Shown: piece after piece, positions 57,359-64,000 of the stretch
Numbering within the stretch: position 1 is the stretch's first letter
Layout: every line of letters starts with the position of its first letter
Source: Candidatus Shapirobacteria bacterium
Lineage (GTDB): Bacteria > Patescibacteriota > Microgenomatia > UBA12405
Reading direction: 5' to 3'
Assembly (NCBI GenBank): GCA_016188545.1
Contig: JACPHO010000001.1
Span: forward strand, 270,546 to 334,545
DNA length: 64,000 nucleotides
Translations under genes and position numbers: made by a program
Notes under the pieces: model-generated
What the model saw: only the letters and a program-made list of their open reading frames with translations
Told to the model about the DNA's origin: nothing
Databases searched by the model: none

Positions 57359-57427
57359 AATACAGGATTCGAACCTGCAACCTCGCGCACCCCATGCGCG
57401 CGCGCTAGCCAATTGCGCCAATCCCCG
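57354..57427 (-). tRNA. tRNA-Pro (anticodon GGG)
   Basis: 74-nt cloverleaf folded by hand. C1:G72 pair and A73 discriminator (bacterial tRNA-Pro identity). U8, A14, G18G19. GTTCGAATC T-loop. Anticodon loop AU-GGG-GU with G37. No encoded CCA. Confidence 0.85.
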
Positions 57428-57476
57428 ATGGTCTCAAGTATTATACTATAATAAACTAGAATCTACTTTCTAATCT

Positions 57477-58184
57477 ATGTTAAAAAACAAAAAAACCATT
57501 GGTGTTATTGGTGGCATGGGCCCAGAAGCCACCGTCGACTTTTTTCGTTGGGTAGTTCATTTGACCACAGCCAGATCCGACATTGACCACCCCCATCTAT
57601 TAATTGATAATAATCCCCAAATTCCTTCCCGAATCAAAGCCATCCTAGATCATGGCCCCAGTCCTTTACCAGTAATGTTACGTATGGCCCAAAAGCTAGT
57701 CTTATCAGGTGCCAAAATTATTGTTATTCCCTGTAATACGGCTTCATATTTCATCCCCTCACTTCAAAAAAAAATAAATGTACCCATTCTCAATATCATC
57801 GAAGAAACTGTTTTTTGGATCAATAATCATTATCCAAATATAAAAAAAGTTGGCATTATGGCAACCATACCCACCCTAAAAACTGGACTTTATCAGCAAG
57901 AGTTAATAAAATTCAAGATCGAACCTATTGTCCCAACACTCAATATTGTCCGCAAACTAATTATGTCTGCTACCCATGGTCGTCGGGGTATCAAGTCAGG
58001 TTACCACTCAACTCCCAGAAGAAAACTTATCAAATCACTCAAGTATTATCGCCAACTTGGTGCTGAGGCGATTATTCTTGGTTGTACTGAAATACCCCTT
58101 GTTTTGCGACCAAAAGATTCCTCATTGATATTAATCAATCCCACTAAAATACTTGCTCAAGCAGTAATTTCTCGGGCTATATAA
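57477..58184 (+). CDS. Aspartate/glutamate racemase family protein
   Basis: TIGVIGGMGPEAT N-terminal motif and second catalytic Cys region GCTE. Confidence 0.75.
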   Translation: MLKNKKTIGVIGGMGPEATVDFFRWVVHLTTARSDIDHPHLLIDNNPQIPSRIKAILDHGPSPLPVMLRMAQKLVLSGAKIIVIPCNTASYFIPSLQKKINVPILNIIEETVFWINNHYPNIKKVGIMATIPTLKTGLYQQELIKFKIEPIVPTLNIVRKLIMSATHGRRGIKSGYHSTPRRKLIKSLKYYRQLGAEAIILGCTEIPLVLRPKDSSLILINPTKILAQAVISRAI

Positions 58185-58249
58185 CCATAGCTTCGCCTTT
58201 TCTTCGGTTCTCCTCCTTGACTTGATATAGTCCATATTGTTATTACTAT

Positions 58250-58275
58250 ATTAGAAATTAAATTCTTAATTGTTA
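58250..58275 (+). repeat. AATTCTTAATT-type element upstream of recA
   Basis: aaattaaattcttaattgttaattaac, related to the heptamer tracts. Confidence 0.35.
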
Positions 58276-58284
58276 ATTAACAAA

Positions 58285-59373
58285 GTGGCCAAAAAAGCAA
58301 AGTCCGGAAAGACTCCTATAACAATCAATACCAAAACCAACGACTCTCTTCATACCAAGAAACTAGAAGCAGTTCGATTGGCGATGGACCAGATCACCAA
58401 GTCATATGGTGAAGGTGCCATTATGAAAATGGGTGACAAGCAAGCAGACATGAAGGTAGAAGTTATCCCAACCGGCTGTCTTCCACTTGATGTCGCCCTG
58501 GGAGTTGGTGGACTACCTCGTGGACGTATCGCCGAAATCTTTGGGCCCGAGGCCTCTGGTAAGACCACGATTGCCCTTCATCTAATTAAGGAAGCCCAGC
58601 GTCTGGGTGGTACTGCCGCCTTCATCGATGCTGAGCATGCCCTTGATCCACTTCGTGCCCAAACAATTGGAGTCGATCTTGACAATCTTTTACTTTCCCA
58701 ACCAGACAATGGTGAGCAAGCCCTGGAGATTGTCGATACCTTGGTTCGCAGTAATGCCGTCGATATTATCGTCGTCGATTCTGTTGCCGCCCTAGTTCCT
58801 AAGGCTGAAATTGAAGGCGAAATGGGGGATTCGATGATGGGTGTCCAGGCTAGACTTATGTCTCAAGCACTTCGCAAGTTGACTGGTGCTATTAGCAAGT
58901 CAAAGTCAGTGGTCTTGTTTACAAACCAAATGCGCCAAAAGATAGGCATAATGTTTGGTAACCCTGAGACCACTCCCGGTGGTTTGGCTCTAAAATTCTA
59001 CTCTTCAGTCCGTATCGACGTTCGTAAGATTGCCAATATTAAGACTCCTGGTGGTGAAGCTGTCGGTTCACAGCACCGTGCCCGAATAGTCAAGAATAAA
59101 GTCGCTCCACCATTCAAAGAGGCCGAGTTCGATATTATGAACACTGAAGGTATTTCTGTCTACGGAAGTCTAGTAGATCTGGCGGTTACTCATGGTTTGA
59201 TCACCAAAGCCGGTGCATTCTTCAAGATCAATGATCAAAACATCCAAGGTCGTGAAGGCGCCAAGAAATACCTAAAGGAAAACCAAGTCACCACAGATGA
59301 GTTAACTACCAAGATTTGGGAAGTCATCAAGAATCCCGTCACCAAAGATGCAGATCATAACGATCAGTCCTAG
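58285..59373 (+). CDS. recA: Recombinase RecA
   Basis: …[12 protein letters not shown]… Walker A and L1/L2 loops. GTG at 58285 gives a K-rich N-extension. The alternative ATG is at 58384. Confidence 0.9.
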   Translation: MAKKAKSGKTPITINTKTNDSLHTKKLEAVRLAMDQITKSYGEGAIMKMGDKQADMKVEVIPTGCLPLDVALGVGGLPRGRIAEIFGPEASGKTTIALHLIKEAQRLGGTAAFIDAEHALDPLRAQTIGVDLDNLLLSQPDNGEQALEIVDTLVRSNAVDIIVVDSVAALVPKAEIEGEMGDSMMGVQARLMSQALRKLTGAISKSKSVVLFTNQMRQKIGIMFGNPETTPGGLALKFYSSVRIDVRKIANIKTPGGEAVGSQHRARIVKNKVAPPFKEAEFDIMNTEGISVYGSLVDLAVTHGLITKAGAFFKINDQNIQGREGAKKYLKENQVTTDELTTKIWEVIKNPVTKDADHNDQS

Positions 59374-59971
59374 TCGCCAGAGTCAGCAGCAAGTTTGGCT
59401 AAAGTTTGACGAGGGAACGCTATTACCATTTAAGGTAGATGATGTAATCCGCCTTAAGCTTTCCAAGTTCACCAACATCACCTCAGAACTTTATCAAAGT
59501 ATTCTTTTAGCCTCTGCTAACTACCTTCTACTCGAGTATTCACTCCGTCAAATCGCTATCTCGCCCAAGACTGAAAAGTCGCTTAACCAAAAATTAAAAA
59601 TCTACTGCCAAAAGTTAAAGTACAAATATAATTTTGAGTTAGATTTTCTCTACTCTCTAATTGATCCAGTCGTAAAAAGAATTGTCGATGATGGACTAAT
59701 TGATAACCAGGCATATATTGACCATGTCTTACGCAAATATCCGCGCAAGTCTATGATGGAGATATCTTTTATTTTGCGTCAACAGGGTATTAATTTTTCT
59801 CCAAAACCAAATCAAGAGCAGGAAATCGAAAAGATAAAAAATATTATTCTAAAAAAGTACCATTCATACAATTTGGCGGATTATAATGCTAAAAATAAGC
59901 TAATTGGCAATCTCGCTCGTAAAGGTTTTCCCATAGAATTCATAAAAACTGCAATTGACGAAACAATGTAA
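59348..59971 (+). CDS. recX: Probable RecX-like regulatory protein
   Basis: Follows recA with a 26-nt overlap. Helical-repeat-like sequence. Weak similarity only. Confidence 0.4.
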   Translation: MQIITISPSRQSQQQVWLKFDEGTLLPFKVDDVIRLKLSKFTNITSELYQSILLASANYLLLEYSLRQIAISPKTEKSLNQKLKIYCQKLKYKYNFELDFLYSLIDPVVKRIVDDGLIDNQAYIDHVLRKYPRKSMMEISFILRQQGINFSPKPNQEQEIEKIKNIILKKYHSYNLADYNAKNKLIGNLARKGFPIEFIKTAIDETM

Positions 59972-60123
59972 GTCAGGTAGAATAGGTAGCTTACGAGCAT
60001 TTTTATTTATATATTTTTACTTTTATTAAATTGATCACTATTTCTCTAGATTATTCCCGCCGCACGCTCTTTGTACCGCAAGGATAGGATTCATTGATCA
60101 AATAAAAGTAACTGGAGGATTTC

Positions 60124-61731
60124 ATGTTTAACTCGTTTTTATCCAAGTTTAAGGATATTTTTTCGAGCTCGACTAAGTCGAGCGAGAACCCGGCAACTGC
60201 CGGGTCGACGCCAGTAATTCCTGTAGTTACATCAGACCAAACTGATAATAATCGAGTAGTTTTCTCTCCCAAGAAAACCACTAAGGGAACCAAAGGTAGT
60301 AAGGTCACCACCCCAGCACCCGCCCCAGTACCTACTGCCCAGATTAACCAAGCTCTGGCCGAGGCCCAGTCCACTCTTCAAAACGCCAAGCGTTTAGAAA
60401 CAGAAGCCAAGACCAAAGAAGCTGAAATTTTCCAGAGACTAAAATCCCTTGATGACAAGGAACAGTACCTTATCCAAAAAGAGAAGACATTGGATGCCCA
60501 AACGGTTAGCGTCAAGACCAAGACCGACCAATTAGACGAAATCTATCGAAAACAGCTCGAAAAGTTAGAAACTATTTCCGGTCTCGATGTTGCCAAGGCC
60601 AAACAGCTCATTATCAGTAGTACTGAGAAAAAAATGAGTGATTGGATCGCCAAAAAAATCGAAGAGACCAAAGAAGATCTACACCAGCGAGAAGAAGAGC
60701 TAGCCAAAGAAATATTGGCCGAAAGCATTCAGCATGGAATTACCGATACTGTCGCCGAATATACCGTCTCCACAATTTCTCTTCCCGATGACAAAATTAA
60801 AGGAAAAATCATTGGCCGAGAAGGTCGCAACATTCGCGCTTTTGAAAAAGCCACTGGTGTTGAACTTGAACTCGATGAGACCAACGATATCCGTATCTCT
60901 AGCTTCGACTCCACTCGTCGCGAAATTGCCAAACAAAGTTTAGAAAAACTTATTCGTGATGGTCGTATTCAGCCAGTTAAAATTGAACAAGTTGTTGCTC
61001 AAACCAAGACCGAAATGGACAAAATTCTTCTTAGTGAAGGTAAGCGTATCTGTCAGGAAGTCGGTGTCTTCAACCTTCCTGTTGAAATCATTAAGACTAT
61101 TGGAAAATTCAAATTCCGTTTCTCTTATGGTCAAAATTTAGCCAAACATACTGTTGAAGCTACCAAAATCGCTGTTAATATTGCCAATGAACTCCACGCC
61201 GACGTTAATACTGTTCGTCTCGGTACCCTGCTTCATGACATTGGAAAAGTTATTACCGACCAGGAGGGAACTCATGTTGAACTAGGTGTCGATCTTCTCC
61301 GTCAACACAAGTTACCACAAGCAGTTATAAACGCCGTCGCCGAGCACCACGAAGAAAAAGCCTTTTCTTCAGTTGAGTCAGCTATCGTTTATGTCGGTGA
61401 CGCGGCCTCTGGTGCCCGCCCTGGAGCTCGTTACGAAGTTCACGAAGAATACCTCAAGCGAATGAAAAACATCGAAGAAGTGGCCCGAGGCTTTCCTGGT
61501 GTCCTTAGTGTGGCTGCTTATCAGGCTGGTCGTGAGGTTATGGTTATTGTCGAACCCAACCAAGTTTCCGACTCAGAAGCAACAGTCCTAAGTCAAAATA
61601 TTGCCGATAAACTCGACGAAGAAGCAAAGTGGGCTGGTCAGATCAAAGTGACCTGTATTCGCGAAACCCGCACCAGTTCCATCATAGTTGGAAGTAAGAT
61701 CAATAAAAGTGCGGTGAAAAATAATGAATAA
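60124..61731 (+). CDS. rny: Ribonuclease Y
   Basis: KH domain GKIIGREGRNIRAFEKATGV. HD domain LLHDIGK…HH. Long disordered N-region. SD GGAGGA upstream. Confidence 0.85.
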   Translation: MFNSFLSKFKDIFSSSTKSSENPATAGSTPVIPVVTSDQTDNNRVVFSPKKTTKGTKGSKVTTPAPAPVPTAQINQALAEAQSTLQNAKRLETEAKTKEAEIFQRLKSLDDKEQYLIQKEKTLDAQTVSVKTKTDQLDEIYRKQLEKLETISGLDVAKAKQLIISSTEKKMSDWIAKKIEETKEDLHQREEELAKEILAESIQHGITDTVAEYTVSTISLPDDKIKGKIIGREGRNIRAFEKATGVELELDETNDIRISSFDSTRREIAKQSLEKLIRDGRIQPVKIEQVVAQTKTEMDKILLSEGKRICQEVGVFNLPVEIIKTIGKFKFRFSYGQNLAKHTVEATKIAVNIANELHADVNTVRLGTLLHDIGKVITDQEGTHVELGVDLLRQHKLPQAVINAVAEHHEEKAFSSVESAIVYVGDAASGARPGARYEVHEEYLKRMKNIEEVARGFPGVLSVAAYQAGREVMVIVEPNQVSDSEATVLSQNIADKLDEEAKWAGQIKVTCIRETRTSSIIVGSKINKSAVKNNE

Positions 61732-61789
61732 AGCTTGCAATTGCCGTAATTTTGGCTAGAATGATAGATGAATTATAAATTAACAAATT

Positions 61790-62062
61790 ATGACCAAAAA
61801 AGATCTAATCGAAGTCGTCTCCCAAAAAGCCAAGCTCTCTAAGAAGGCAGCCAAAGTAGCTGTTGAAACTTTTCTTAATGAAATTATGAAAGCTCTTGGT
61901 AATGGTGAAGTTGTAAAACTCTCCGGTTTCGGAACCTTCAAAACCAAAATGTTCAAGGCCAAGACCATCAAAGCCATCGGAAGCAAAGAATCCAAAAAGA
62001 TTGTTGCTCGACGCATGCCCAGATACATTCCTGGTACCAAGATCAAGAAAATGGTCAAATAA
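61790..62062 (+). CDS. hup: DNA-binding protein HU
   Basis: MTKKDLIEVVS…GFGTF…R.P HU/IHF signature. 90 aa. Confidence 0.9.
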   Translation: MTKKDLIEVVSQKAKLSKKAAKVAVETFLNEIMKALGNGEVVKLSGFGTFKTKMFKAKTIKAIGSKESKKIVARRMPRYIPGTKIKKMVK

Positions 62063-62086
62063 ACCATTTCTTTTAGAAAATAAAAA

Positions 62087-62112
62087 CTCCCTCATTCGTG
62101 AGGGAGTTTTTG
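62087..62112 (+). terminator. Rho-independent terminator after hup
   Basis: CTCCCTCA-TTCG-TGAGGGAG followed by TTTTT. Confidence 0.7.
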
Positions 62113-62157
62113 GTTTACCGCTTGACCCGTGTCGATAAAACCAATAGCATTTGTTAT

Positions 62158-63138
62158 ATGAAAACAGCCTTAGTTTGTGGCGCGGGTGGATTTATTGGTA
62201 CTCATCTAGTCAACCAGTTAAAAAAAGAAGGGTATTGGGTTAGGGGTGTGGACATCCAAAAATCAGATTTTTTTCCGTCATCAGCCGATGAATTTTTATT
62301 ACTCGACTTATCGGTTCGTCAAAATTGTCAGACAGCTCTCTCCTATAAAGATGGTTTTGACGAGGTATACCAGCTAGCCGCCGACCGTGGCGGTGTAGGT
62401 TACATGATACCCAAAGAGTGTGAAATGATGTCCAATAATGTTCTCATTAATACCTATATGGTTGATGAGTCAGTAAAAGCCCACGTCAAAAAGTACTTTT
62501 ATTCATCTTCTGTCTGTGTTTATCGTGACATGGAAATTGGCGATCCGATGATAAAAGAAGAAGATGTCTACCCCGCCTTACCCGACAATGAATATGGTTG
62601 GGAAAAGCTCTATTCAGAAAGAGTTGCTCTCGCCTACGCCCGGCGTTATGGGTTGAATGTGCGCATTGCTCGTTTTCACACCACCTACGGACCTTACGCC
62701 AACTGGGAAGGTCTAAAGCCAAAAGCTGCCGATGACCTTTGTCGTAAAGCCGCCCTAGCCCCAGAAGGTGGTAGTCTCCCTGTTTGGGGTGATGGTCAGG
62801 CGGTCAGAGTTTTCACCTATATTGAGGACTTAATTTCAGCAATTAGGGAGTTAGTGAAATCCGACATAACTGAACCCACCAATCTGGGGAGTGATGAATA
62901 TGTTACCGTTAACGAGTTGGCCCAAGCTGTAATTTTGGCATCGGGGAAGACACTCACAATCGAACATGTTGATGGTCCAGTTGGGGTAAAGTCACGTGGG
63001 TTCAGCAACGCCAGAATCTACACAACTGGATGGAGACCAAAGTGGAAATTAATTGATGGAATCAAGGTTCATTATGATTGGATAAAATCTCAAGTCGATC
63101 AAAAATATCCCCCTAAGACAACCGATAAGAAGCAATAA
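62158..63138 (+). CDS. NAD-dependent nucleotide-sugar epimerase/dehydratase (extended SDR)
   Basis: ALVCGAGGFIGTHLV Rossmann motif. The ORF-track start at 62098 lies inside the upstream terminator, so the ATG at 62158 is preferred. Confidence 0.8.
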   Translation: MKTALVCGAGGFIGTHLVNQLKKEGYWVRGVDIQKSDFFPSSADEFLLLDLSVRQNCQTALSYKDGFDEVYQLAADRGGVGYMIPKECEMMSNNVLINTYMVDESVKAHVKKYFYSSSVCVYRDMEIGDPMIKEEDVYPALPDNEYGWEKLYSERVALAYARRYGLNVRIARFHTTYGPYANWEGLKPKAADDLCRKAALAPEGGSLPVWGDGQAVRVFTYIEDLISAIRELVKSDITEPTNLGSDEYVTVNELAQAVILASGKTLTIEHVDGPVGVKSRGFSNARIYTTGWRPKWKLIDGIKVHYDWIKSQVDQKYPPKTTDKKQ

Positions 63139-63145
63139 GATTCAA

Positions 63146-64000
63146 TCAGTTCCTCCCATCAGCCAACTTTCTCAAAACAGTCTCCCTTATCCTGGTCCTT
63201 ACAATTCCCGAAGTGAAATGTCCGTATGGATATTTCAAGACATCAAACCCCCTCTCTTCCCAAAACTCTAATGCCTTATTAGAAGGAACAACCTTATCCT
63301 TTGTTCCGATGATGGGGAATACTTTTGCAGTCAGTTTTTTATCAAATTTTTCGACAGCAAAACTCGAAAAGTAAAGTCCGTTCTTTCGTTTCTGATCAAT
63401 GTCTTCAACGGCATATTTATAAGTCTCACCCAAAAATATCTCACCTACATTCGGATAGGCAACTATTGGAAAATAATAGTCCGCAGTTCCAAAATAAAAA
63501 GCATGAAGACTACTAACTATCCCCCCCATCGAACTCCCAGCTGCAATGACTGGCTTTTCAGACTGCTTTTTGTGAAATTTCACTATTTCCTCGTAAGCCA
63601 ACACCGAGCCTGCAAAAGTCTCTTGGTGGTGCAAAAAAGAGTCAACTGATTTAGTCAGATACTCCGCTTTGCTGGTATGGTACTGCGCCCACACCACAAA
63701 CACATTAAACTTTTCTTTAAATTCGCTCCCAAATATAAAATCAAAATCTCGCAGGGGACGTGTACTTCCCGCCCCATGGTGGTAGATAACCGACGGCCTG
63801 TCTGGGTTATATTTTGTCACCAGCAGTACTGTTGTCGGCCTTTTTTCACCCTCATATTCCGTATTAATTATCCAAGCAGAATCGTTCTCCTCAGTAGACG
63901 AGCTCATATTTTTTAGTACGGATTCAAATGGGAGGGGTTTATAGTCTCTCGGATCATTATGAAAATACTTGGGGTATGTCAGTGCCAATCCGATGTCTCT
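63146..64000 (-). CDS. Alpha/beta-hydrolase (esterase/peptidase-like). The N-terminus may lie beyond the window edge.
   Basis: GSSMGG nucleophile elbow. The frame is open to the window end. TTG start at 63988 is possible. Confidence 0.6.
   Translation of the reverse strand, partial: RDIGLALTYPKYFHNDPRDYKPLPFESVLKNMSSSTEENDSAWIINTEYEGEKRPTTVLLVTKYNPDRPSVIYHHGAGSTRPLRDFDFIFGSEFKEKFNVFVVWAQYHTSKAEYLTKSVDSFLHHQETFAGSVLAYEEIVKFHKKQSEKPVIAAGSSMGGIVSSLHAFYFGTADYYFPIVAYPNVGEIFLGETYKYAVEDIDQKRKNGLYFSSFAVEKFDKKLTAKVFPIIGTKDKVVPSNKALEFWEERGFDVLKYPYGHFTSGIVRTRIRETVLRKLADGRN

Noticed and set aside
62098-62157. Upstream start for the 62158 epimerase
   Set aside because: The extension would be translated through the hup terminator hairpin. 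The ATG at 62158 gives the canonical Rossmann N-terminus.
1-64000. Alternative genetic code (UGA recoded, as in Gracilibacteria/SR1)
   Set aside because: TGA is used as an ordinary stop at many translationally coupled junctions (ATGA at 7585, 14533, 15114, 28887). Conserved genes read through without in-frame TGA.

Overview
The window reads as a 64-kb slice of a small, low-GC, standard-code bacterial genome whose features suggest a Patescibacteria/CPR-like organism. The supporting features are: no rpmD (L30) between rpsE and rplO; a Zn-type S14; a 600-aa AlaRS without the C-Ala domain; an archaeal/eukaryotic-type ProRS; many r-proteins with K-rich extensions; and a sortase with type IV-pilus-like genes. 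This lineage call is inference only.

Most of the window is the conserved informational core: proS-ftsK, alaS, rpoB-rpoC, the str operon (rpsL-rpsG ... fusA ... tuf), the S10/spc/alpha ribosomal operons (rpsJ through rplQ, then rplM-rpsI), secY-adk-infA-rpmJ, uppP, ppa, tRNA-Pro(GGG), recA-recX-rny-hup.

The accessory content is concentrated in five places:
- Two insertions split the normally contiguous str operon.
  - The first lies between rpsG and fusA: a PilM-like/LytR_C membrane protein, rmlC-rmlD, NUDIX, and an FAD oxidoreductase.
  - The second lies between fusA and tuf, at about 34.2-38.0 kb. It holds six uncharacterised genes, including a duplicated gene family and a RelB/RelE-like toxin-antitoxin cassette. 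The cassette is flanked by 14-bp direct repeats and has its own consensus promoter and terminator.
- A sortase sits next to a 724-aa PilM-like bitopic membrane protein.
- An Hsp70 nucleotide-binding-domain-only ATPase is encoded convergently (opposite strand) next to two tiny membrane proteins.
- A tRNA-Pro is abutted by a tandem 32-bp repeat array and a double-GNAT gene.
- Two families of conserved intergenic repeat elements sit immediately upstream of specific ribosomal genes: (AATTCCT)n heptamer tracts and AACTTTAYAAACTTTACAAACTAAC motifs.

No CRISPR array, rRNA, transposase or integrase was seen.
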